NCBI GenBank assembly: GCA_951406725.2
Contig: OX597820.1
Coordinates: 26,474,001-26,538,000 of the forward strand
Length of the DNA: 64,000 nt
DNA from: Octopus vulgaris
Lineage: Eukaryota
Direction: 5' to 3'
In this document: positions 1-12,794 of the stretch, piece after piece
Position numbering within the stretch: position 1 is the stretch's first letter
How the letters are laid out: every line of letters begins with the position of its first letter
Translations under genes and position numbers: made by a program
The notes under the pieces: generated by a model
Told to the model about the DNA's origin: nothing
Database searches by the model: none
Seen by the model: the letters and a program-made list of their open reading frames with translations, nothing else

Positions 1-1609
1 AATGTGGTAGTGAAGGTAGGTGATGATGGTGATAATTTGTTGCTAATGTGGTAGTGAAAGTAGGTGATGATGTTGGTTGCTGATGTAATAGTAGTAGTGA
101 AGGTAAAGGTTGCTAAGGTGGCAGTGATGCCAGTATTTGTCATTATTGTTGTATTTGTTGATAAGCTCAGCTCTTGATCAAGCATACCTATTAATGAATG
201 GCATTGCTCTTGTCATTTCTCCTATCAACAAACCATCTGCTCATTTTTCTACATGTGAAATAAAAGCTCCCTTACTTAAAAAGCAGGGAAGGGTAGTGAC
301 ATGAAGGCCATCCAACTCTAAAAACAAATGCTTCAATATATTCATCTAACCCATGCTAGCATGGAAGAATAAGCCCAGACAAAACAAATAGTCTTATATA
401 TAGGCTAATTTTCATGTCTAGTTTACAGTAACAGTGAATGCCTGTTGCCTTGTGGTTAGGATGTTCCACTCATGATCATAAGATTATGGTTTCAATTCCT
501 GAACTAAGCAGCATGTTGTGTTCTTGGGTAAAATACTTCATTTCATGTTGTTCCACTCAGCGATCCAGCCATGATCGACCCATATTTTTCTTCTATATGG
601 TAAATCCAGGGCCACATTACTCAATGTGCTTTCTTTATAAAACACTGGGATTTAAAGGTGATTTAGTTGCTATTACTAGCAGTTCAGGCAACCACATTAA
701 GGCTCCACATAGAGGCTTCAGGCGATGGTGGTGGTAGTAGTAGGAGGGGATGATGATTGTGGTAACAATTACTAGGATAATGGTGGTAGTGGTGGCAGTG
801 AAAGCTGTACAGGTGATGGTGGAGTTAGTTGTGAAGGAGAAGAATTGGAGGACACTGGTGGCTATGATTGCTAATAAGGGTTGGGTTAATGGCTGTGATG
901 GATGTTAGAAGATGACAACATATCTAGAGTGGTGCTATTGAGTGTAGTGGCTGGGCTTATGGTAATTGCAATTGTTCTGTCTGTGAGAATTGTTACATTT
1001 TCAAAACTGAAAAGCTTGACTTTTCTCAGAGGTCAAGAACTGAATTTGCAACACAAATACACATACATACATAAATACACACACACATAAACACTGTTTA
1101 TATATGTGTGTTTATACATATTTACTTCTGTGTGTGTGTGTGTGTATTCATGCATATGCCTGGATGTAAAGAGAAAAGAAAAAAATAAATGTGCATGTTT
1201 GTGCGTATTAAGTGGTAAACAAAAAATACAATTTTTAAAAGAATAAATTAAGAGAAATTGCTCCAACTTACCATCAGCAAGACAAAAGAATAGTCAACAG
1301 CCAAATTAGTATTAACATGTTTAATGCAGTAAACATCAAAAAAGTTAATTAGAAATAATTATACTGTAAGGAAAAGACAACATTAGCTCAAAGACCAATA
1401 TAATTTTAATTACTCTAGAAAGTATAAAACGTTAATTTTTGACATGTTCTGGTGTTATACTCTGCATAAAAAGCACAGATTTTTACTGTCTGTTGTGATG
1501 TGGTGAGAGATTATCACTCAATGAATATATGGTACTGTACATTTACTTTGATCTGTCTCAGTCCTAGGACTCGTAAAGCCAAGGCTTAACCTGGTTTCAT
1601 TAGCATATA

Positions 1610-2121
1610 CTTTAAATCCTTGTGTACAGTCCACCCTTGAGTATAATATGCAGGGGATTTTTAAGGGGCTGTACCTCTGAAAAACCTAAATCTTGTGTAT
1701 AATACGCACTCCTTCTCCAACTTGAGTCAAGAAGGTCTATATATTGTCCTTGGTTTGTAAAAATGTATACGGTAACGTCCTTTATTATTATTGTATATAT
1801 AACATAATGCAAACGTGTAGCTTTTTTGTGCATTTTGTTTGCAGAAAACAATAATAAAACAGTAATAACGTTTAATAAATGTTGCTTACTGCAAGTTATG
1901 GATGATTCTTTTATAATTTCATTGCTTTCAGGCTTAGCTTGAAGTATTTTCACGCCTGACATCACAAAATGCATCTGAATAAACATTGCCGGACAGCAAA
2001 TAGAGACTTGGACATTGCTTAGAAAATAATTTTCATTTTTAACCTCGTATCTAGTACACACTAGGAATTTTGACCTTTAAATTTTGGGAAAAAAATGCAG
2101 TTTATACTCGAGGATTTACGG
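1610..2121. mobile_element. Tc1/mariner-superfamily (pogo/Tigger-like) non-autonomous DNA transposon remnant
   Basis: Right end ttatactcgaggatttacgg|TA; left end TA|ctttaaatccttgtgtaca is a degenerate inverted copy (about 14/19 matches); TA flanks. Confidence 0.55.
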
Positions 2122-3034
2122 TAAGTGATTGAGATTACAATACAGGTCCTCAGTTCATCACATGGTGAACTTCCTAGCTATTGCTGGAGCACATTTATAG
2201 CTGAGTGGACTGGAGTAATGTGAAATGAAGTAATATTTATCCCCACTTAAACATGAATGCACTGTTAGAACAGACTATGCTGTGGTAGATACCATGCGAG
2301 AAATTGAAAGAAGCCTGTCGTGTGTGTGTGTGTGTGTGTGTGTGTAATGTGTCTGTTTGTCCCCCCAACATCGCTTGGCAACTGATGCTGATGCGTTTAC
2401 TTCCCCCGTAACCTAGCAGTTCGGCAAAAGAGACCGATAGAATAAGTACCAGGCTTACAAATAAGTCCTGGGGTCAGTATGCTCGACTGAAGGCAGTGCT
2501 CCAGCATGGCTGCAATGAAATGACTGAAAATAAAGAATAATATGTTACAGTATTATCAGATGTGACCAAGAAAAAAAAAAATGACCGATTTCATTGTACA
2601 AGCATGAGTAAATTGCATTAAATAGGCAGATAGGTAACTAACTGGAAGGCAAACATGTTTGGTAAACAGGTACAGCTGACATGGGACTCTTCAATTATTG
2701 GCATATAAAATAACAGCAGGTAATCAGTGGGCAATCAGTGGAACAATTGGTAAAGAGAAACAGAGCAAGTGTGTGATTTGCCATTTCAGATTTTGTGTGG
2801 CCTCTGAACTAAAGATAATGTCAACATTGTCACATCAGAATTATATTTATAGAAATTAGGGTAATAGTGTTTTTTTTATATGCTCCATCGTCTGAAAGTT
2901 TGTTCTCCTCTCTGCTGTCTGGCGGCTGCTGCTGAATTGGCTGTGAGAGAATAAAAGTTTTGTTGGTCCTCTTTGGCTGGATAAACAGCCATGAAGAAAT
3001 TGTCTTCTATCACTGCTGACCTGACCCTGATGCT

Positions 3035-3330
3035 GGTGGTGGTGATGATGATGGTGGTGGTGATGGTGGTAGTTGCAGATGGCAGTGGTGGAGATGATGG
3101 TGGGGTTGATGATGGTGGTAGGGGTAGGGGATAGCAGTGATGGTGGTAGAGTTGCAGATGATAATGGTGGTGGGGTTGATGGTGGTAGGGGTAGGGGATA
3201 GCAGTGATGGTGGTAGAGTTGCAGATGATAATGGTGGTGGGGTTGATGGTGGTGAGAGTTGTGGTGATGGTAGTGGTGGTAGGAGTAGGGGATAGCAGTG
3301 ATAGTGGTAGAGTTGGGGATGGTAGTGCTG
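3035..3330. repeat. GGT-rich low-complexity tract containing an exact 67-bp tandem duplication
   Basis: Unit gatggtggtaggggtaggggatagcagtgatggtggtagagttgcagatgataatggtggtggggtt at 3111 and 3178. Confidence 0.85.
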
Positions 3331-3623
3331 TTGGTAGTTTTCCTGCTGCTGCAGCAACAGAAGCTTTTCTACTCCGCTGCATTAGTTGTTTTGCTCTTAG
3401 TTTCACTTTGGCATCATCATCATAAGCGTTGAAGAAAGAATTTCTTCAATTATCTAAGATCTTTGCTGCCTTTGTCCCATGAATAATTCCAGTCCTAGTT
3501 AGCAATCTAATGATGGAACCTCTACATAATTTCTAAATTGGCAAGAAATAGCAGCCAAATAACCCTTAAACAACACTCTACTGCCTAAAAAGCGAGGGAC
3601 AAATTAGACAATACAGATATATA

Positions 3624-3907
3624 TTTAAGAGATGAGGAATTATGTACCTATGCCATATGCCCATGGGCATATGGCTTAGTGGTTAAGAGCGCGGGCTACT
3701 AATCCCAAGATTCCGAGTTCGATTCCAAGCAGTGACCTGAACAATAACAATAATAATAATAATGATATCGAAAAATACCTTAGGAATGAGAACCCAGGTT
3801 CGAAATTTCCCCAAGACACCTGAAGAAGGTGGAAGGTGTATCAGCTGAAACGTTGTGTTAACAACAAACAAGATGAGGACAAATATCTGTCGAATGTAAA
3901 TAATGTA
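3624..3907 (+). mobile_element. tRNA-headed SINE-like element with a hammerhead-like motif in its 3' part (Penelope-type tail)
   Basis: A box TGGCTTAGTGG (3672-3682), B box GAGTTCGATTCC (3715-3726), (AAT)n linker, hammerhead-like motif 3815-3859, perfect 24-bp palindrome at 3652-3675. Confidence 0.7.
3815..3859 (+). ncRNA. Minimal type I hammerhead ribozyme-like motif
   Basis: GACAC-CTGAAGA-AGGTGG..TCAGCT-GAAA-C-GTT-GTGTT: stem I GACAC/GTGTT, CUGANGA and GAAA cores, stem II with one mismatch, palindromic AACGTT stem III. Confidence 0.7.
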
Positions 3908-4192
3908 GGCAATACAGGTTGAATTATACAAAAATGGCTGGAAGGTTATGATTGGTATGCCCTTCATCATATACCTGCTCTGTGAAGACTAAGCAACAAC
4001 AACAATTACAACAGCTTCTATAAATTCTTTTCACATTGAGTATATCTGTTGCCTTCATCATTTCTTTTGCATTGTTTTTGTTAATATTGATGATGAAGCC
4101 TCATGTCATACGTACATCTTATTGTGGTTGATTGTAGTTTGACACAGTCAAATTCATTTTAACTGTTATGTTGTTATCATGCACCATTACTC

Positions 4193-4609
4193 TCTTTTTA
4201 CTCTTTTACTTGTTTCACTCATTTGACTGTGGCCATGCTGGAGCACCACCTTTAGTCGAGCAAATCGACCCCAGGACTTATTCTTTGTAAGCCTAGTACT
4301 TATTCTATCGGTCTCTTTTGCCTAACCACTAAGTTATGGGGACATAAACACACCAGCATTGGTTGTCAAGTGATGTTGCAGGGGACAAACACAAACATAC
4401 ACAGACATATACATATATATATATATATACACATACACACACACACACATACGACGGGCTTCTTTCAGTTTCCTTCTACCAAATCCACTCATAAGGCTTT
4501 GGTTGGTCCGAGGCTATGGTAGAAGACACTTGCCCAAAGTGCCATGCAGTGGAACTGAACCCGGAACCATGTAGTTCATAAGCAAGCTACTTATCACACA
4601 GCCACTCCT
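4193..4609 (-). mobile_element. SINE group A (tRNA-derived, CORE-like ggcaccttgggcaagtg block, internal TA/TG microsatellite), full length
   Basis: Near-identical copies recur at 10378-10812(+), 14500-14888(-), 17460-17841(-), 18757-19150(+) and 51922-52443(+), with partial copies elsewhere. Confidence 0.85.
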
Positions 4610-4965
4610 TCAAAATTATTGTTTCCTTACAAGTTCAAATAATGAGAATGCAGAGCGAGGAGTTGTTCTTGGACTTTAAATTGAGATGCACACTTCAGGA
4701 ATGAAGGGAATTTTTTTTAGCCATGGAAGGAAAGTTTTTGTTAGGCTAGATCCCAGAGTAGTCTCTTAAACAGAGTAGAGTCTACTATAGGCACATGGGG
4801 CAAGATGTTGGTGTTAAACTCGGTGAAAGCTTTAGTCCATCATTTAAAAACAAGAACAGTCCATCTCACAGGCTTGTATCCTCTTTCTACCCACTCAGTT
4901 TTCACCTACTGTATTTTCTGGCATACAAGTTAACAGCATATATTGTAAACACATAGTGTAACCAT

Positions 4966-5278
4966 GTGAAGGTGCATGGCTCAGTGGTTAGAGCATCGCG
5001 CTTATAATTACAAGGTTGTGAGCTCGAATCCCGGACCAGGGCTGCATGCTGTGTTCTTGAGCAAGACACTTTATTTCACGTTGCTCTAGTTATTTCATGT
5101 TGCCAAGCTGTATCAGCCTTTGCCTTTCCCTTGGATAACACTGGTGTTGTGGAGAGGGGAGGCTGGTATACATGGGTGACTGCTGGTCTTCCATAAACAA
5201 TCTTGCCCGGACTTATGCCTGGGAGGGTTACTTTCTAGGTGCAATCCCATGGTCTGTGTCATGACTGAAGGGGGTCTC
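4966..5278 (+). mobile_element. SINE group C (tRNA head gtggaggcgcatggc..tagtggttag) with 11-bp TSD
   Basis: A and B boxes; TSD agtgtaaccat at 4955-4965 and 5279-5289. Confidence 0.85.
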
Positions 5279-5946
5279 AGTGTAACCATTCTAACATCGT
5301 CATTATCTTTCCAAATCCTGCTGCATTTCCCATGGAATTTTTGGTTCTCCAAAGTTGTTTAGGTGTCGACCTTTTTTGGCTGTAAATTTTGGTCTGAAAA
5401 GCTTGGTTTGTATGTTGGAAAATGTGGTGCCCAGTTATGGTCAGCCTAGTGGGATCAAACTTAGAATCTGTGTGAGAGTGAATCAAACTTCTTTACTATA
5501 CAGCCATGTCTGTTGGTACCTGTTAAACAATCTTCCAGTTTAGTAAACTAACAAGAATAGCTCAGGTTACCGCCTTCATATTTAATTATTCTTTCTTTTC
5601 ATTTTCTCAATTAATTCATTCCATATTTAATTAGGAACAAAAAAAATAAGAAAAAAAGAAATCTTTAGTATTTGCTGTCTTAATTATTTTGAGAATGCCA
5701 AGGGACTGGAATAATTTCGGTCGACTTGTCAAACCTGTAAAGTTGTTTTCTCTGACCTAGAAAAACACTGGTGCAAACTCTTGGTTGTGTGTGTGTGTTT
5801 GTAGATTTCGGGTCATTGAGGTTTTAGCTAAATCAGATGGTTGCCTAGTAAAAGGACTGGTGGATGGATATATTGTGCATTTATGGTGATAGCTGTAGAA
5901 TGACGGAATGGTGACTGAATGAATAAACTTTAAATGAAGATATATA

Positions 5947-6496
5947 TTAGGGTGTCTGGAAAGTTCGTGCCAATTCTTAAAGAAAAAAAAAGGTCAATAA
6001 ATACTTGCCATTACATTTTTAAATCAACCAAATATGAACCATTTTGTTGCACAATATGTCTCCATCTTTCCTTTAACTTGAAAATACCCTCTTCCCAGAA
6101 TTGAGGTGGTCTCATGGCAAAGAATTCATCACTGTATCTTTTTCTGCTATCCAAGGAATTGAAATTTTTACTATTAAGACTATTCTGCAGAAATCCGAAG
6201 GAGCAATATCTGGTGAATATGGAGGGTGGGGTAACACATCCCAGCCGAGCTGCAGCAATTTTTGTCTGGTTCCCAAAGCATCAAGTGCCAAAAATGAACT
6301 TTTTTATCTTCCATTTTAAAGGGTTACAGAATTAACACGGGTAATAGGAACATAAACCTTCTTCCATGAAAAGATAGCTTAAACTGTACTCTAAATGGAG
6401 GTGTAGCCAAATCCTATTTTATGGACTTAACCATGTTCTAAAATAAGTCAAAAGGTAAGCTACTATAAATCGGCACAAACTTTCCGGACAACCCAA
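5947..6496 (-). mobile_element. Internally deleted mariner (DD34D-type) transposon
   Basis: TIRs ttagggtgtctggaaagttcgtgcc / ggcacaaactttccggacaacccaa with TA flanks. Minus-strand transposase remnants QKLLQLGWDVLPHPPYSPDIAPSDF and FWEEGIFKLKERWRHIVQQNGSYLVD*. Confidence 0.9.
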
Positions 6497-7247
6497 TATA
6501 TCTGCTTACCTGCCTGTTTGTCTGCCTACCTGTCTATCTATCTGTCTGTCATAAGTTGATAAAACAAGTATTGATCGAGTTTTTGGTTTCCTCCTCATCA
6601 TCGTTGTTGCTGTCATCATCATTGCTACCATTATCATCTTTACTCCATGTCTGCTTTCCATGCTGGCATGGGTTGTGTATGCTGTTTTAGTCTGGGTCCT
6701 TATTTGCAGTCACTACTCTTCTCTTGGACATGTTAGGGGCACCAGCCTACAGAATGTATGGGGGTTCAAGTTATCATGACACCAGTGCTAGCAAAGTTGT
6801 TTTGTACTCTACAAGACAGAAATGGTTTCTCACTACTCTGTGTTGTCTGTGCTGTAGGGGCCTTGTGATCATTAGAGTGGGTTGGAAAGAGAATATGATT
6901 GAAGAATATGAACCAGAGTGGAAGAGAGAAAGAGATGAGAGTATGGTGGAGGATGAATTAGTGAGATTAGGGTGACAATGTGGCAAGAGGGAGAAAATAG
7001 TGTTAGATGGAGTGATGGAAGAAGGACAGTGATGGCTGGATGTAATGAGAGACAGTGCTTGTAGAAGATAGTGGGAAAAGAGAAAGCAGGCAGAGAACAA
7101 GAGATGGTTAATAAGTGACCTTAGAGGGAAGATGTTGTGGTTGCTAGCAGTACAGATGGGTGATGTTAACACATAACCATTATCAAACTTTATTCAATCC
7201 TGTCTGTTCTACCAAAGGACAATATTTTGTCTCACATTAGCGTTTGA

Positions 7248-7473
7248 CCTTTTGCATTTAAACTGACCATATCTGGCCCAGATATTCTACCTGTTTTATG
7301 TTCAAACCAGCCAGATCTAGCCTCTCACACCTAAACTACAATGTTATTCTAAAAATAAGCAATCACACCATCAAAATCACAAAACGACAAGATGATGCAT
7401 GATTAATTAAAAAGTGTTATAAGTGTTATTAAATAAGTATTATATACAAGCAAGTTATCTGAATACTTAAGGG
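7248..7473 (-). mobile_element. piggyBac-type (TTAA) MITE, same family as 22302-22765 and 42229-42657
   Basis: Ends in gggTTAA; the internal sequence is the reverse complement of the other two copies. Confidence 0.7.
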
Positions 7474-7997
7474 TTAACTGTACACCTCTTCTACAAAACC
7501 CAGCTATAGCTTAGTCACTGAAGGAGACTGTATATGATTGCTTGACCTGCTAAAAAAAGTAGTTGCCAGTCTCTTTGAAATAACACTTTGTCATATCAAA
7601 ACGAAGGGAACAAATATGAGGAAATATAGTCATAGATACTAAAAAAAAAAGAAGAAAAAAAAAGACAGTAGTGGTATGGGTTGAATGTCTTAGATCAAAA
7701 TGCAGCTTCATTAGGGCGAACCTTCAGGTATACTACAACAACAACAGTTAGATTAATTGAGCTTTTAAAAGTTAATGTGTATAGACTATGGGCTGTTTTT
7801 CATTGCAAGCAACAAGACATGAACTCTTGACTCCTTGGTCTACAGCATTGCATTCTCTCAACTTTATCTGCTTCAACAACTCTGATTAGAATTAAAACTG
7901 AAGTGCAGAGAAAATGGGGGAAGCGAAGAAGAAAAGGAAAGAAAGAAGTCTAATAGAGTTTATTCTATAATTTAGAAACTATATTGTATTGTAAGTT

Positions 7998-8064
7998 GTG
8001 TTGTATTGTGTGTGTGGAAATGTGTGTGTATGTATAGTATATATATATGTGTGTGTGTATATAT

Positions 8065-8102
<38 letters not shown>

Positions 8103-8158
8103 GTGTGTGTGTATATATATGTGTGTGTGTATATATATGTGTGTGTGTGTGTATATAT

Positions 8159-8212
<54 letters not shown>

Positions 8213-8515
8213 ATGTATATATGTGTGTGTGTGTATGTATATATGTGTGTGTGTGTATGTATATATGTGTGTGTGTGTATGTATATATGTGTGTGTGTGT
8301 ATGTATATATGTGTGTGTGTGTATGTATATATGTGTGTGTGTGTATGTATATATATATATGTGTGTATGTATATATATATATGTGTGTGTGTGTATGTAT
8401 ATATGTGTGTGTGTGTGTATGTATATATGTGTGTGTGTGTGTATGTATATATGTGTGTGTGTGTATGTATATATATATATATGTATATATGTATATATAT
8501 ATATATATATATGTA
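7998..8515. repeat. Compound (TA)n/(TG)n microsatellite, ~520 bp
   Basis: Read directly; it accounts for the spurious CVY/HTY ORFs in the track. Confidence 0.95.
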
Positions 8516-8850
8516 TGTTGTGCAGTGCTTGTCTGGTTATAATGATGCACCACTTGTTAGTAATTAGGTGCAATTGTCTATCGTGTATATGACATGTCTT
8601 GATGTCTTGGAGGCAATATATGTCTGCATGTGGGATTCTGTGTGTGTGTGTAACTGTTTCTGTCTCTGTGTGTTTCTTTCTTTGGCTCTTTCTGTCTTTC
8701 TGACACAGTCTGCGGTTGTGATGGTGTAGGTTGTGTGATTATGTAATTGCCTCTAATTCCTTTTGATGGAACTAAAATGCTGAAGGGCAATTGAGAAAAT
8801 CATTTGTTGAATGGTCGGTTTGATGCTTTTGGTAAAGTGAAGAAGGCCTT

Positions 8851-8887
<37 letters not shown>

Positions 8888-9187
8888 TAGAGAGAGAATT
8901 GGGGGTTGTGGTTGGAGAACAGGGTATTACAAGTGTATGCTAGTGCTGGTATGTATACACGGAGTGGTGTTAAGTGATGCAGTGTGTGTGTGTAATTGTA
9001 TGTGCTAAGCCAGACTAAAATATGTTAGTTGAAGAGCAAGGTGGAGAGGATGGAGAAAGTTTTGTTGAGAGGAGAGATGGAAAAATACTGAGTGATGGGT
9101 AAAGGAGAGGTTGGGATGAGAGGAGAGAGAAATTATAGGTCTCTCTTTTTCTCTCTTCATCTCTCTCCCTTTCTCTCTCTCTCTCTT

Positions 9188-9267
<80 letters not shown>

Positions 9268-9663
9268 CCTATTTTCTAGAAGCTAATGAGTTTGGTTTCC
9301 ACAGGTGTGGGCATGGGTCTGTGGGAATCTCAATCACATGGTTCTGGGTTCAGTCCCACTGCATGACACATTAAGCGAGTGTCTTTTATTATAGCCCTGA
9401 ACCAACCAAAGCCTTGTGAATAAATTTGGTGGGTGGAAACTGAAAGAAGCCTGTCTTTGTGTTTGTCTTCCACCAGTGCTTGACAGCTGGTGTTGGTTTG
9501 TTTATGTCCCATGTAACTTAACAGGTTGGCAAAAGATACCTTTAAAATAAGTACTATACTTAAAAGAAAATATGTGCTGAGGTTGATTCATTTGACTAAA
9601 AGCCTTCAAGGTGGACCCACAGTGTAGCCACAATCCAGTCGCTGAAACAAAGTGAAAGATGAA

Positions 9664-9694
<31 letters not shown>

Positions 9695-9697
<3 letters not shown>

Positions 9698-9904
9698 ATC
9701 TTCCAAGCAAAATGTGACCTTGTGTGTACCGTTGGTGATTTTTTTCTTTCCTCTGTCTTCCCTTCTCTGGATCTTTCCTTCTATGTTTCCGATGAAGAGC
9801 TCCGCTCGAAACGTTAAACCCTCCTTCTTTCCTGAGCTTCCAATAATACTATATTTGTTCCACGTTCTCGCGTTGTGTTTTTTTGTGCTTTCTTGTTTGG
9901 ATTA

Positions 9905-9910
<6 letters not shown>
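9695..9910 (+). mobile_element. Short Penelope-like terminal-repeat remnant inserted in (TA)n, carrying a hammerhead-like motif
   Basis: Flanked by (TA)n on both sides; motif GTTT-CCGATGA-A-GAGCtccGCTC-GAAA-C-GTT-AAAC at 9785-9819. Confidence 0.6.
9785..9819 (+). ncRNA. Minimal type I hammerhead ribozyme-like motif (U4C core variant)
   Basis: Stem I GTTT/AAAC, core CCGATGA, stem II GAGC/GCTC, GAAA, palindromic AACGTT stem III. Confidence 0.6.
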
Positions 9911-9944
<34 letters not shown>

Positions 9945-10339
9945 ATTGAGAGACAGTTTTGTGCCATTCATATCATGGGCTCCTAGGGAGCGTTTTGTTC
10001 GAATAGCTTGCTGCGCATTTGTTTGGAGATTTAAATTCCTGGATTTTCCTGAAGAGAAAGCTGCAAAATGGTCTCCTTATTCAATCTGAATTTGGAAATT
10101 TGCAGCCTTTGAAACATGTGTAGAAAATAACAAAAAGGAATTTTGTAGAATTTTCGTTCAGCTCCATTTCTTCCCTTCACTAAATATATAAAAATTCAAT
10201 TATCCGCGCTAAGGCACAGTTGCGACACCCCATGGTCGTAACCTCAACCGTGTTTTTTCTGTTGTGATTTTTGCTACCCAGGTATCGGTTAAATTTTGAA
10301 TAATCCGTAACAAGATAATTCATTTATCCATTTCAATAA

Positions 10340-10371
<32 letters not shown>

Positions 10372-10377
10372 TAGGCA

Positions 10378-10551
10378 AAGGAGTGGCTGTGTGGTAAAGT
10401 AGCTTGCTTACGAACCACATGGTTCCAGGTTCAGTCTCACTGCATGGCACTTTGGGCAAGTGTCTTCTACTATAGCCTCGGGCCATCTAAAGCCTTGTGA
10501 GTGGATTTGGTAGACAGAAACTGAAAGAAGCCCGTTGTATATGTATGTGTG

Positions 10552-10596
<45 letters not shown>

Positions 10597-10812
10597 ATAT
10601 GTTTGTGTGTCTGTTTGTCTCCCCCCCCCAACATTGCTTGACAACCGATGCTGGTGTGTTTATGTCCCCCGCAACCTAGTGGTTCGGCAAAAGAGACTGA
10701 TAGAATAAGTACTAGGCTTACAAAGAATAAGTCCTGGGGTCGATTTGCTCAACTAAAGGCATGGCTTGACTCCAGCATGGCCACAGTTAAATGACCGAAA
10801 CAAGTAAAAGAG
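10378..10812 (+). mobile_element. SINE group A, full length
   Basis: ggagtggctgtgtggtaa head, CORE-like block, internal (TA)n/(TG)n, 3' caagtaaaagag. Confidence 0.85.
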
Positions 10813-11699
10813 TATGTGTATGTGTGTGTATACAATCTCCCACATTCACTCCTCTAGTATTTTCATCCCATCTTCCAATCACTCTCAATGTCTTTACCTC
10901 TCTCTCTCTCTCTCTGTATGTAGTGGGAAAAAAAAGAAAGAGTGGTAAAGATATGGGATGGAGATATTAAGGGAGTGAATGTGGGAGACTACAAGAGGGA
11001 GCTGTGCCAGTGGGTGGCTAGGATGTGTGAACAGGGGAGTAGATTTATGATATTTTACTTTTTACATCTTATTTGTTGTACCCTGTGTTCTGTTTAGACT
11101 GACTACACTACCTTCATCAGCTCAACAACTGTGCAGGCTCAATTTAGGATCTGTTCAACACCAGGCTCCCCTTAGGTTTTGTACAACACCACAACATCAC
11201 TTGTATGTGGTGATAAGGTCAATGAGGGATTGTAATATGTGATCATTCAAGCAGCTAGAAATGGCAACCAAATTGCCTACCATCTTTAAAAAAAGTGGAC
11301 ATATTGGATAATGTCATCTTAGAAATATATTGAGAAAAACATGGATGGTCATGGCTGGAATGCTTTTGATCGTGGGTCTGCTGGAACAGGATTAACCTGA
11401 GTGATGTGCCATAGCAGCAACAACTGCAGCAGTTATTTATCTCTATTTAGTCAGACATTCTAACAAATGCTATTCCATCCCTGTACTGGGCCATCATAGC
11501 CTCACTTTGTCAGCTCAGAGATAATGGCATAGAGGTACAAACAAAGGAGCTTAGAAATAACAGCCTAATCCCCATCTGTTCACACCTTATCGGTCTCAAA
11601 AATAAAACATAAGAACACCTTAGGTAATGAATGGAATTCTGGATACTGCTATTATATTTCTACAACACGCAAAATATTGTAACAATTTCTTTTTGCCAC

Positions 11700-11950
11700 T
11701 GACACCACCATTGTCACCGCTACCGTCATCATCACTACCACCACCATCATCCCCACCATCACAATCATCACCACCATCACCGTCATTACTACCACTGTCA
11801 TCACCACCACCATCACTGTCACCACCACCACCACTGTCACCACCACCACCACCACCACCACCACCACCGTCATCATCACCACCACTGTCATCACTACCAC
11901 CACTGCCACCGGCATCACTACCACCACTGCCACCGTCATCACTATCACCA
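11700..11950. repeat. (CCA/CAT)-rich low-complexity tract
   Basis: Degenerate CCA triplet array; it produces Pro-, Gly- and Val-rich pseudo-ORFs. Confidence 0.85.
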
Positions 11951-12744
11951 CTGCTTTCATTCTCTTCTGACTCAGTAATGACACCACCTCTACTCAAATA
12001 TCATCTTTATGCTAGGTCAGCCACAGTCCTACAGCACTATTTTGTCTACACACTACTGCCAGAGCACCAAGCTGCTATGCTGCCCTCTCAGCTTCTCTCC
12101 TCACAATTTTTTCGATAGCACCAGAACACACATTACACCACATCATGCTATGTCATGCACCTCACAGCACTACAGCTCTACTTAGCCATGCCACAGCTCT
12201 AGATACAGCCACTACATCTAAGTGTCTGAAATATCCAATCTGACAGTAAGCACCATTCGTTTTGCGAGAATATGTCACTTTATATTTCCAACACTTAAAC
12301 AAGATATTCAGCAATGTGACTACCATTTGCCGGAATCTTCCACTTGCAGTTTGGTTGCTACAGTAACAGGTAAATCTTACCAAGTGGATTTATATCTCTG
12401 TAATTTGATGGCAATTTTTAAGACTGGATATGCTGTAGCCGTAGCTGAAATCAAACCATTATCAATGTGATGGTAGTAGTGGTGGTGATGGTTTTGAAAA
12501 CTGCAAGAAGTGGGGAGAAGGGAGTTTAGAAACAGCAGCAAAATGGTTAAACCATGCAAAAATATGAAGTCTCAGATTTATTTCTAAGGCATGGCTGTGT
12601 AGTTAAGAAGTTTGCTTTCCAAGCTGTGTGGTTTCTGTTTCAGTTCCACATTTGGCATCTTGAATGGGTTTCTTCTACTGTAGTCCCATGCTGACCAAAA
12701 ACTGTAAACGAATTTGAAACTGAAAGTAAAAGTGTTGTGTATAT

Positions 12745-12794
<50 letters not shown>

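Noticed and set aside
1612-2061. 149-aa minus-strand ORF
   Set aside because: It lies inside an AT-rich MITE and has no recognisable transposase or other domain.
2876-3425. 176-aa and overlapping ORFs
   Set aside because: Driven by the GGT-rich tract and its 67-bp duplication.
3666-3735. Functional tRNA genes (also heads at 4966, 16110, 24673)
   Set aside because: A and B boxes are present but acceptor stems do not pair and there is no terminator; they continue into repeat bodies, so they are SINE heads.
7998-8592. Overlapping 130-190 aa ORFs rich in C/V/Y or H/T/Y (similar ones at 20078-20366, 34608-35245, 49187-49955, 55286-55910)
   Set aside because: Translations of TA/TG microsatellites; open in many frames on both strands.
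11620-12118. Pro/Ser-rich 163-aa and Gly/Asp-rich 125-aa ORFs (formin- or extensin-like in appearance)
   Set aside because: Produced by a CCA triplet low-complexity tract; no splice or domain support.
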